Source of the DNA: Ostrea edulis
Taxonomy: Eukaryota
Length of the DNA stretch: 64,000 nucleotides
Direction: 5' to 3'
NCBI RefSeq assembly: GCF_947568905.1
Contig: NC_079165.1
Coordinates: forward strand, 16,554,001-16,618,000
The notes under the pieces: generated by a model
Seen by the model: the letters and a program-made list of their open reading frames with translations, nothing else
Databases searched by the model: none
What the model was told of the DNA's origin: nothing
Position numbers and translations under genes: made by a program
Part shown: one piece after another, positions 52,709 to 64,000 of the stretch
Layout: each line of letters begins with the position of its first letter
How positions within the stretch are numbered: the stretch's first letter is position 1

Positions 52709-55350
52709 CCCCCTTCCCCACAATCACGCACTTTAACGCATATACCTTTGCCCCACAATCACGCACTTTAACGCACTTTCAATGCGCAGTTGTTTTGACT
52801 GCGTTTTATCGTTGATACAGCAAAAAGTGTTAATTGTTTTTTAATATTTTGGGTTGTAAGACAAAATAATGATAAAATGAGCCATTTGCCAGATTTCTTT
52901 GATAGTTCCAACAGTAGCAAAGAGCTAGATTAGGGGTACACTACTGGAACGCAGCTCCATTGTTTACTGACAGGAAAATCTAACGCGGTATTGTAGAGGA
53001 ATTATTCATGTTTGGTTTTATTATTTTATTTGATTATTTCAATTTATTGTAAACCTACAGGGTTATGAATATTACTGATCGTCAGAAAAATTATAATTTT
53101 ATTATGCTCCCCTTTGAAAAAGAGGGGGCATATTGTTTTGCACCTGTCGGTCGGTCGGTCGGTCAGTCGGTCGGTCGGTATGTCGGTCGGTCTGTATACC
53201 ATGTGTTGTCCGCTCAATTTCTTGAGAACCATTCACTTGATGATAATGATATTTCATATGTGGGTTAGTTATGAGTAGAAGAGGATCCCTATTGTTTTTC
53301 AGGTCAAAAGGTCAAAGGTCAAGGGTATATCTACTCTGGACATAGGAATATAATATCCGCTCAATATCTTGAGAACCCTTTGTTTGAAAGACATCAAACT
53401 TGGCACACTGGTACATCCTAAGGAGTAGATGACCCCTATTGATTTTTAGGTCATATGGTCAAAGGTCAAGGGTCAAACTGGGCATAGGAATATACTGACC
53501 ATTCAATGTCTAGAGAACCCTTTGCTTGACAGACATCAAACTTGGTACGCCAGTACATCTTCAAAAGAAGATGATCCCCATTGATTTTGAGGTCACATGG
53601 CCAAAGGTCAAGGGTCAAACTGGACATAGGAATATACTGTCCGTTAAATATCTCGAGAACCCTTTGCTTGACAGACATCAAACTTGATACACTGGTACAT
53701 CTTCAAGAGAAGATGACCCCTATTGATTTTGAGGTCACATGGTCAAAGGTCAAGGGTCAAACTTGACATGGGAATATAATGTCTGCTCAGTATCTTGAGA
53801 ACCCTTTTCTTGACAGACATCAAACTTAGTACACTGATACGACTTCAGGAGAAGATGACCACTATTGATTTTGAGGTCACATGGTCAAAGGTCAAGGGTC
53901 ACGCTAGACAGGAATATACTGTCCGTTCAATATTTTGAGAACCCTTCGCTTGACAGACATCAAACTTGGTACACTGGTACATCTTCAGGAGAAAATTACC
54001 CCTATTGATTTTCAGATCACATGGTCAAAGGTCAAGGGTCAAACTGGACATTGGAATATACTGTCTGCTCCATATCTTGAGAACCCTTTGCTTGACAGAC
54101 ATTAAACTTGGTACACTGGTACATCTTCAGGAGAAGATGACACCTATTGATTTTGAGGTCGCGTGGTCAAAGGTCAAGGGTTAAACTGTACATGGGAATA
54201 TACTGTCCGCTCAATATCTTGAGAACCCTTTGCTTGACAGACATCAAACTTGGTACACTGGTACATCTTCAGGAGAAGATGACTACTAATTATTTTAAGG
54301 TCACATGGTCAAAAGTCAAGGGTCAAATTGGACATAGGAATATACTGTCCGTTCAATATCTTGAGAACCCTTTGCTTGACAGACATCAAACTTGGTACAC
54401 TGGTACATCTTCAGGAGTTGATGACCCCTATTGATTTTTAGGTCACATGGTCAATCCACTCTTGACATAGGAAGATATTGTCTGCTCAATATTTTGAATT
54501 GATGATACTACTCTCAATTAAATGCTGTGTGTGTGTATAACCCTTTTCAATTTTGCACCATGGGGGGCATATGTGTTTTACAAACATCTCTTGTTTTAAA
54601 GTAGCATCAGAAAGAAGGGGTGGGGGTGAAGGTTAAAAATCCAACACAAATTACATCATGAATTTCGTGGTATGCATAAGTGATTTATATCAAACAAAGT
54701 ATTAAAAAAAAGGGGGGGGACTATTTTTTAAAAGACATTATATATGTGTTCCCCTGCGATGTTGACACAACAACATTCTTATTTTAAACGAGAGAGGAAA
54801 TGTGTGTACATTTTCAATTTGGTAATTTGTAGTGTTGATAAAGAGACCCTAGTCAAAACCGTGCCTTTCAAAACTCGGACGCACAGATTACGCAACCTTA
54901 AAAAATCATATTACTTAAAAATTTACCGAAACAAATGAAGTCAGTAATGGACATGAAATATAACATTTTATTAGATTTTAAATGAAATTGTTGGCAAAAT
55001 GAAGTATATATGTAAGGGGCGAGATTTAAAGATCGATGTCGGATAAAAATCTAAATTCAAATAGTTAGCTTAGGGGTATAGGGGGGGGGGGGGGGGGGGG
55101 GGGGTTGAAAACTTCCGTAAGTTTCTGTCATCCGACATCGATTACATATTAGTGGAAAGAGAGAGAAAAAAAAAAACAAGTGTCTGGTAAAACTAGATGA
55201 TAATATCACATTTTAATGAACATTTTAAAATAGTTTTAATGTACACTTTCTTTTGTGAATAAACAGCGGAAAAGGTATACAGTGTTATTTATAGTAGTTT
55301 GCCCTTACTTGTTAATCGATTAGATTCAACAGTTATCATATTTAATTTAT

Positions 55351-55386
<36 letters not shown>

Positions 55387-58300
55387 CTTGGTAAGTAACC
55401 TATGTGAACTTAGTTTTTTGTTAGACATTGAACTTTTGATCTCGCCCCAAAATCTTTCAATTTGTTTATCGTTTTTTTTTGCAAGTGATTTCATTAATTT
55501 ATCGAAGGCTTGGATCTAAGCAATTTTTATTTCATTTTTAAGATTTTTTACTTTGCAATAAATGAAAGATGAATGACAGAATAAGTAGCAATTCTTAATA
55601 TAAGAGGGGGGGGGGGGTGTGCCTCCAATTTGGCCAAGTTTCAGGTAGAATTTGCAGATAAACCATGCCGCTTCGAACTGACAATTCCTCGTAAAACCCG
55701 TGCTTTTCAAAACTCCGATTGAACACGCGTGAAGACAGGAAGTATTACGTAACCATAAAATCACACTGCTTATAAATATGTATAAAATGAAAATTACATG
55801 TAACGAGAAGAGTAAAGCCAAGGATGAAATTTTTAAAGAAAAATTACATTTACCATTGTCAGACCATCTTCCAAAGAATAAAACGATCTATGCAACAGAA
55901 TCTGCTATAAAAAAAAAACAAAAAACAAAAAAAAAAAAAAAAAACACGAGAAGATTCAAACGAAAGTAAGACTGGTCGAGTTTTTGTTAAGATCTATGCA
56001 ATTATTTTTCTTTTTTAAATTGAAGATTCAATAAAAAGAAATATATGTTTAAGGAAAAGAACACCAACCCATCAATTTTAATCCCAATAAAATGTATTTG
56101 CCAATCTGGCCACATGTAGTTATATATTATTATATCAACGTTTAAAGTGGCATATAGGCCCGACGGGCTGGGTGTTTATTGATTTGTATATTGTGATAAA
56201 ATTGGATGTATGAATATATGTACACATGCCACTAGAATAAATAAAATTACTTACTTACTTACTGTAGTGTATCGATTGTTAATAAAGCTCGTGTAAGTAT
56301 TGACTTTACTACCTACATGTATTTAACACTGTTTAACATAACTCAACACCTAAGTACATAGCATACAGCCAGCCGTGTACGCTGGAGACCGTGCACATTT
56401 ATCATTCAGACTTATACACAAATGTGAGTGAAAATACACAATACCGTTCCTATAAATATACTAGTACAATTGTATTTAATAGTACATCAACCCCCTTTGT
56501 GAACACCAGGAGTCGGCCAGGAAAAACCTAGAAATAAAACGATAATAATCGTGAAAAACTCTAGGAAACCTGTATCTGATGCCATTGCTCCATGATGCAG
56601 GGGGAGTGTGACGGACCTCACACTTTACAAATATATAAACTGCTAGATGAAAACTGAAAATAGCAAAAGCTGTCCTATCCGCATTAAGTGACCAGTCTAA
56701 CAAACCCGCTTACTCCCCGTGGCAGTATACTACCCCCTATATTGGTCAGTATTATAATGGACCAAAACAACTTTATCAAAACACGCTACTATAACGTGAA
56801 TACATAATTTTCCCGCTTTTACTAGCGAACCGCGGGATAATATAATTATCAAGACTCGGGCGCACTGGTAGGCGGGAAATATTGCGCAATCATACATAGA
56901 TACACTGTAACAAGGCAAATACACATATGTAAATATTCTATCATTTAATTAAGATACAATTACCAGTAAAATGCGCATCCTCCAGCGCATAAAATGATTT
57001 GCAAAATGAATGGTGTCAAAATAAACACGAGAAGATTCATCGATAATTTGAATTATCTTTCTCATAAGTCACTCAATTATGATGATTCATTTATCAAACA
57101 TCTAAAGACTGGGTTTTGGTTCAGATTTATGTAATCATTACTTTTAACCAATTTTAAGAGTGGGTACACTAACTAGCTGATATGTATGTTAAATGTAGAG
57201 AGACAATATACTTAAATTGCTTATAAATTAAGTGTTTTACTGGATCAGTTGTTAAGTACAATGTGTACATGTAAGTATTTATCAAATGATTATTATACCA
57301 AAAATTTTATATTTTCTTTTATCACATTATGACTGTTTGACATGGGCCGTTTCATCCATAATTTTTGTAATAGAAGGAAAATAAGTGTAGTTTTAAATTC
57401 ATTTTAATAGAATTACAAATGTTGTGATAAGTTACGACATGTTCTTATAAATTTCTGTTCAGACCAATCATTTTTTCGAGACGTTAACATGTTTGACATA
57501 CACACACACACTATCTAATTAATCGCAGTCGGGCGGAGGTGGAGGTAGTTTTAGTAGATGAACACTCCTTCCCTTCCACGAATTAGGACTTGAAGTTCGG
57601 ACAACCTCCCCTATTTTTATTTCCTTGTCAATAATTTTAGACAAGACATCTTCGCCCCCCCCCCCCCCCTCTCCATTTTTATGTTGTTGAAAAGACGATG
57701 CTACATTGTACGTACCTGTAGGCCTCGTACTGACACAGCTCCTAATTGGAACATGTAGGACACCGCAAAAACAATTGCAAGGTGGCTACAGTGCATTTTT
57801 GCAATTTCTGTTCTAAAGCACCCCCCCCCTCCAAAAAAAAAAAACATAGTTCGCGGCATATGGATACGGACTGTGTAATGTACAGCAGTGCTTTGCTTTT
57901 TTCATATCTTGTTTTGAACATTGAAGAGAATTTATGCATGCGTAAAAAAAATTTCAACTACATAGGATAATTCTTATTTACAGAACAAGATGTAGTACTT
58001 ATATATACTTATATGGATATACTTATACATTGTATTCGTTTATTTTTATTAAGTAAACTATGAATCAGTCGTCATTTTTTTTCTTTGAAATCAAGATGAA
58101 ATTTTATGATAAGATTGTTTGAATTAAAACAAATAATATATACAGAACATATCGAAGGGGAAAAACCCATTGGAAATGTAGATACATGTATATTGATATG
58201 ATTTTTAAAAATACTAGTAGATAAAAAAGTATTCATTCGTGGCATTTCTTTGTTATACAAACATACATGTAGAATAAATAATAAAATAAACAATAAAAAA

Positions 58301-58597
58301 AGGCAAATTTTGGACTATATATCTTTTCAAAAGAAAATATTTTGTTCCATATTTATCGTAATTTTTCACTTGCTTTCACTCCCGATTCGATAGTCTTAAA
58401 GTATGAACTTTTATCAGAACTATCCGCGATAAACTAACAGAATATATAACAATGGAAAACGTAGTGAAGAAATGTGTTCAAAATTCCGAATTTTCACAAA
58501 TCAACTCCAAAGCGCTGTGGGGAAAAGGGTAACGTCATCATTCAGCGGCGAAAGCAAATGCTACTGTTACGTCACAGGCGACGTGATAGGCAAAGAG
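52709..58597. mobile_element. 5.9-kb TTAA-flanked non-coding insertion (piggyBac-like ends)
   Basis: TTAA at 52705-08 and 58598-601. Ends CCCCTT... / ...AAAGAG form a weak TIR (C.C.TT.CC...ATCACG). Removing it restores ORF2 in frame (ASKF-N-DTKFKCY). Confidence 0.7.
53098..54595 (+). mobile_element. Helentron-type non-autonomous element carrying a 142-bp tandem array
   Basis: 5' TTATGCTCCCC...GGGGGCATA hairpin and (GGTC)n at 53146-53192. GGTCAAAGGTCAAGGG recurs at 53457, 53599, 53741, 53883, 54023, 54165, 54307 and 54449. The 3' end is GGGGGGCAT...CTCTTGTT. Confidence 0.85.
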
Positions 58598-58601
58598 TTA
58601 A

Positions 58602-61600
58602 TGACACTAAATTCAAATGTTACATTCTTTCGTATGATATAATTTTACTTACAGAATGTTGGATCGAAAAAGATTTCTGTATTGATGTTGAGGGATTCCA
58701 TAGTTATGTTTTTCCACGAAAATTAACAAAATCAGTACAAGGTGGGGGTTGTGTTATTTTAATACGCGATGAATTTAAACAATGTTTCTTTACTGGAGAA
58801 TATGCACGACACTGTCATATGGCTTAAACTTGACCAGATTTTAATGCCAAGTCTTGGAGATGTCTATTTAGCTTGTGTTTATATACCCCCTAGTAGTTCC
58901 ACGTTTTATCAAACCTATGACTGTGATGTATTTAGTGACTTAGAAAACCACATTGTTAAATATATGAGCCTGGGTAAAGTCATGCTAATCGGTGAAACTA
59001 ATGCTAGAACTTCTAACTCAAGTGATTTTATTCTACACGATGTACTACATAATGATGTTTTACGTGATTTGAGAGAATTGTTATTCTATGGTTCAGATAC
59101 ACAACTCCAAGTTAGATCAAATCCAGACAAGGTTGTTAATGACTTGGGTAACAAGTTACTGTCTTTATGTAAAAGTAGTGGGCTAAGAATTCTAAACGGT
59201 CGGCACCATTTAGGAATGGACAATGATTATACATTTGTTGGACCAAGGGATATGAGCGTTGTAGATTATGTTATAACTTCCCCTGATGTATTTCCCTCTA
59301 TTGATCAGTTTATTGTGTCAAATTTTACTATGTACTCCGACCACGCACCGCTCCATATCAGAATCAAATCAGGAAAACATATTATCCAAAACATTAATTC
59401 TACTGTTGAGGTAAATCAAGAGTCATCATACTTCGCCTGGAACCAGGAACTTCATTCACAGGCAAGGTCGACACTATTAGAAAATTCTCAGGAACTTATG
59501 GAATGCTTTGAAAAATACCCGTGTGAGTCCCAAACCAGTATCGATGAATCGGTCAATTCGTTCACTACACGCTTGGCTGATTTAATGCGTTCTAGTTTTG
59601 AAGTCCATAGAAAGTCTAATAAAGGGGACCAGCGCCCTGATAGAGTACATGATAAACCCTGGTTTAACAGAGAGCTTAAAAGTAAATATAACACATATCG
59701 TGTAGCCTTAAACCAGTCCAATCATTACAAAAACAAAGAAAATCACTTGAATTTAATTGAAGCAAAAAAGAATTATGAACATTTAGAAGCTAAACGCAGG
59801 CGTCAGTATCTACGAAAGGAGGGTGATTTACTCGAATATCTCCGTAAACAAAACCCAAAAGTATTCTACAAACATTTTCGAAAAAGAAAGCCAAAAAATA
59901 CTCCAATAGACTTAGAATCGTTCCACACTCATTTTAAAGATTTAGCTACATTTGTTCCCACAGAAGATTATTCTAAGGTGGAAGACACAGGACCTACAGT
60001 TTTTAATGAACTAGATATGGAAATTACCGAGAAAGAAATATCCGAAGCTATTGATCAATTAAAACGGGGGAAATCTCATGGTTTGGACTTCTGAATGAGC
60101 ATTTCATGGAATTTAAAGAATTTTTTGTACCATATTTGCATATTATTTTTAATCGAATCTTATCATCAGGATTTTTTCCAACACAATGGTCTGACGCTGT
60201 TAGTGAGCCTTTTTTCAAAAAAGGTGATCCTTCTGATCCAAATAATTACAGAGGAATAAGTCTTGTTAGTTGTTTCTGCAAATTGTTTACTTCCATACTA
60301 AACAGAAGACTCGTCTCATGGGCAGCCTCGTATGATATTATTTCAGATGCACAATTTGGTTTTCAACCCAAGCTAGGTACTACGGAGGCAATTTTTGCGC
60401 TTCATTGTCTTATAACACAATCACTCCAATCCAAAAAACGATTATATTGTTGCTTCGTGGATTATAAGAAGGCATTCGATTCAGTTAACAGGGAAAAACT
60501 GTATAGAAAATTAAAACACTACGGTATACAAGGGAAGCTGCTTACTATTGTTCGTTCCATGTATAGTAGGATTAGAACCTGTGTAAAATCCTCTGGTCAC
60601 ATTTCACAATTTTTTGAAAATCACATTGGTCTATTACAAGGAGAAGTGTTGTCTCCCTTATTTTTTGTATTGTATGTGAATGACCTTGAAATTGAATTTA
60701 TCAAAAGAGGTAATCATCCGACTGATTTACAGTTATTAAGTCTTTATATTTTGATGTATGCTGATGACATGGTGTTGCTTGCAGAATCGGTTATTGAACT
60801 ACAAAATATGTTAAATACACTGCAAAGTTATACAGATGAATGGGATTTAGTTGTTAATGTAGCAAAAACTAAAATTGTTGTATTTAGAAATGGTGGGAAG
60901 ATTCGCACAGATGAAAAATGGGTGTATAAAGATGAAAGTATAGAAGTATTAGATCAATTTGTTTACTTGGGCGTTTTATTTAATTTTAATGGTAAATTTT
61001 TGGTAACGCAGAAACAGTTAGCATCACAAGGTCGCAAAGCATTATTTGCCCTTAAATCAACAATTGTATTTAAATCATTGTACCTTATTCTCCCTTTTCG
61101 ATACCTATGTCTGTAGTATTTTGAATTACGGATGTGAAGTGTGGGGATTACATAAAGCACCTGACATTGAAAAGGTTCATCTGGATTTTTTAAAATTTGC
61201 ACTTGGTGTTCGTAAAAACACTAATACAACCATGGTATATTTTGAAACAGGGCGTTTACCATTGTATTATGTTCGTATTTTGAGAATGTTCAAGTTTTGG
61301 TTTAAACTATTGCAATCTGAAAATTGTATACTTAATGCTGCATATGAATGTTTATACAATATCTGTGGAAATACAAAGCACACAAATCGTAACTGGGCTA
61401 CTTTTATCAAGGAACAACTTGATTGTTTGGGACTTAGTTATATGTGGCATGATCAACATAACTTAAATAGCCATGTTTGTTTGCCAATAATACAACAAAG
61501 ATTGAAGGATCATTTTATTCAAAATTTACATAGCAACATGCAGTATGAATCAAAATGCACTATTTACAAACATTTGGTTGATAATTTTTGCTTGCAATAT

Positions 61601-61942
61601 TACCTAAAAAAATCTATTCCTAAATTGTACAAAAAGGGTATCTCCAAAATAAGGCTATCATCACATAATTTATCCATAGAAACTGGCAGACATAAAAATG
61701 TACCACGTGAAAAAAGGTTTTGTAAAATATGTATCACTGAAATTGAGGATGAATACCACTTTTTGTTAGTCTGTCCTGTATATTGCCAGATTAGAGCTAA
61801 ATTAGTGAAGAAGTATTACTGGAGTAAACCCTCCATGTTCAAATTTATACAACTACTAAGTGTGAACAATGTTAAAGAACTCTGTAACTTGGGGAAATTT
61901 ATCTGTAAAGCTCTTGAACAAAGAACAGTCCATAATATGTAA
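58602..61942 (+). pseudogene. LINE ORF2 remainder (APE-RT-C-terminal Cys/His), three frameshifts
   Basis: DIILLTECW, YIPP, GETNART, VVDY, SDHAP (APE); KGDPSDPNNYRGISL, FVDYKKAFDSV, QGEVLSPLFF, YADD at 60757-68 (RT); RFCKIC..EDEYHFLLVCPVY. Frameshifts near 58780, 60090 and 61060. Confidence 0.95.
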
Positions 61943-62309
61943 TTTGTATCGTCATTCTCCTTTTTTACTATCACTATACTAGTATGTTTACTATATACTA
62001 TTGTATGCTAGATGTCTTTGAAAGAATTGGCCGTTTATTTTCAGCTTTGTAATTATTATCCATGTTCAATTTTGTTATAATGCTATAAGATGTATGTCTT
62101 TCGCAATAAAGTTATTATTGTTCGTTATTTTCACAGTTTTTATTAAAGTGTGTACATAGCCCTTCCGATTTGTTTTGCGAGATATAAGTGTTTCCATTGT
62201 AATTAACAATTCTATTTCTATCAATTACTTTTAATTGTTGATTGTCATATGACGAACAATCATGACATTATCCCTTTCTTCATTTCCGACGATAACGTTT
62301 TTTTTTTTT

Positions 62310-62475
62310 TTTTTTTTTTGCAATCTTTACAGATAGATCATATGACTCTAAATGGCTTCTAAATAAATCCCGTAGATCTGACATTGATTGAGTAAATAAA
62401 ACAATATTATCTGCATACATTAATCGATACAAGCTAAGGGAACTTAAGCGAATAGTCAAGATGATAGAATCTAAA
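62310..62475 (-). pseudogene. Small LINE RT fragment
   Basis: LSLYRLMYADNIVLF resembles LSLYILMYADDMVLL of the adjacent LINE. Confidence 0.6.
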
Positions 62476-62734
62476 TTAAATGTAAACCGCAATTGTTTTG
62501 TGAAAGAAAATATTCAAAATCATTTACACATAAGAGTGCATTAATGGTGAGAGGAGGGTCTTGCCCAGAATGAGACCAAAATTTACGTCAAAATTATCTT
62601 ACATTACCTTAAAATCTCGAATCATGATAAAATAATGCCCCTGCATTACATGGATTAATTCCCCTGTATTACACTCAGCGACCAGACCAAACATCACTAC
62701 ATGCACTTGTACATCGAATGCCATCACGAAGACT

Positions 62735-62907
62735 TAAAAGATATAGGGATCACAGAGGGTGTGACCGGTCGACAAGGGATGCTTGCTCCTCCTAGGCACC
62801 TAATCCCACCTCTGGTATATCCAGAGGTCGGTGTTTGGCCAACCTTCTATTTTGTATTGCTTAAAGAGGTTATGAGATTAATCATTGTTCGTTATCTTCA
62901 TCTTTCA
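62735..62907 (+). mobile_element. Naiad-type 3' terminus
   Basis: GGGTGTGACCGGTCGAC...ACCTCTGGTATATCCAGAGGT...TTGTTCGTTATCTTCATCTTTCAT. Confidence 0.85.
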
Positions 62908-63819
62908 TCAATATCAATCGTTAGATATTAGCTTTCCAAACTGCTTGAAAAAATAGAGAGAGAGAAAGAATCATTTTCTTGAAAGATATCTAATAAACGT
63001 GAACCACTAATGTGTTGCCGAGACTTTAGTCGTGTATGGAAATGAGCACCCTCTTCCTCTGTTTCTTTTTAGTTATATTAAGAGTTTAGAGAAGAATATG
63101 GAAAGTCTTTGTCATATTGACAATAAAATCTGTACAAGATGAATAAAAAACAAATTCTACGCAGCCAAATTTAGCGCTTTGTTTATAAAGTTGCTTTTTT
63201 TTAATCAGAGTATATACTCTTTAACGAAAAAAAAAGTGATCGTTGTAAGGACCAATACCACGGAAAATGATGTAGTCGTCAATGAAACATAAAATTAATT
63301 TCTAAAGTGCATTATGATACAAATATATAAATGCAAATGAAATGTTGAAATAGTTAAATAAACCAGAGAAAAGGTCGATGTGCATGATAACCTATTTGAA
63401 TTTTTTCGTGCTTTCCACAATCATCACAACACGATCCTCTCGTATCCGCTCGTCATGCTCTATTTCCAATCTTTTTGGTTCAGTGGCAAACCATGAGTGT
63501 TTTGACGTCAACAGATAATATCTTATATGTTTTGATGGTTTGTCCTTTAATATTCTCAATTTAGAAAATAATTAGGATGCAATGAAAGTTTTAATTGCAG
63601 TAGTTAGTATGTACTTTGCTCCTATTTGAAGGTACAAATTATTCCTCTGTGGATCACCTGCAATAGTGTGACAATTCTCAAGATTTTGAGTCCGATCTTA
63701 TTTACCTTGTGGGGGATCTACTCTTGTCCAAACGAGCAGATATTACAAATAATGGAATGTTTTCTTTGGGTCATGCAGAATATTCATTTAAGAAATTATA
63801 AAACGTTAGTCGTTTATAT

Positions 63820-64000
63820 CCCGTGGGGATCTAGGTTAGAATAAGTCCTCAGTATCACTGTGCTTGTCGTAAGAGGCGACTAAATGGGGCGGTCCTTCGG
63901 ATGAGGCCGTAAAAACCGAGGTCCCGTGTCACAGATGTGGCACGATAAAGATCCCTCCCTGCTATATGACCATAAGCACCGAGCATATGCCTAAATTTTG
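63820..64000 (+). mobile_element. SINE type B, runs off the window end
   Basis: CCCGTGGGGATCTAGGTTAGAATAAGTCCTCAG...GCTTGTCGTAAGAGGCGACTAAATGGGGCGGTCCTTCGGATGAGG. Confidence 0.85.

Larger units (their letters stand above)
51575..62116 (+). mobile_element. Near full-length APE-RT LINE (RTE-X-like by its C-terminal motif; clade uncertain), disabled and split
   Basis: 5' UTR, ORF1, ORF2 (APE-RT-Cys/His motif) and a 3' UTR ending AATAAAGTTATT. About 4.65 kb once the 52709-58601 insertion is removed. Confidence 0.9.

Noticed and set aside
53044-54434. Several 60-95 aa ORFs in the 142-bp array
   Set aside because: Translations of satellite-like repeats.
58474-58599. N-terminal part of ORF 58474..58827 as a coding start
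   Set aside because: It lies in the right end of the TTAA insertion; true LINE coding resumes at the TSD (about 58600).
63820-63960. Hammerhead, twister or HDV call for the SINE type B head
   Set aside because: CGGAUGA is not followed by stem-GAAA, and twister and HDV conserved elements are not in the required order.
1-64000. Other CTGANGA / TCNTCAG hits as hammerheads (e.g. 33, 2150, 30655, 38968, 49702)
   Set aside because: None is followed by stem II-GAAA-NUH with a closing stem I.

Overview
AT-rich, repeat-dense eukaryotic DNA. The repeat families resemble those of bivalve molluscs, probably an oyster (inference only). One host gene is well supported: a spliced Patched-domain/RND protein (PTCHD3-like) on + at about 36.8-41.9 kb, with three coding exons. 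The rest is mostly mobile DNA. (i) About 20 copies or fragments of one Penelope-like family whose ORF ends at the RT (Naiad-type); most share the same 3' terminus. (ii) A second, canonical Penelope-like 3' end (GIY-YIG endonuclease) carrying a minimal hammerhead ribozyme next to a 159-N gap. (iii) A near full-length but disabled APE-RT LINE (51575-62116). It sits inside a Naiad 3' end and is split at a TTAA by a 5.9-kb non-coding insertion, which itself holds a Helentron-type element with a 142-bp tandem array: a four-level nest. (iv) At least three SINE types, two sharing body and tail but with different heads. (v) MITEs, mini- and microsatellites, and degenerate LINE fragments. No true tRNA or rRNA genes, CRISPR arrays or prokaryotic systems were seen. 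Most short ORFs in the track are spurious or repeat-derived. All calls are by eye, without database searches or folding software; repeat coordinates are approximate unless a junction is quoted.
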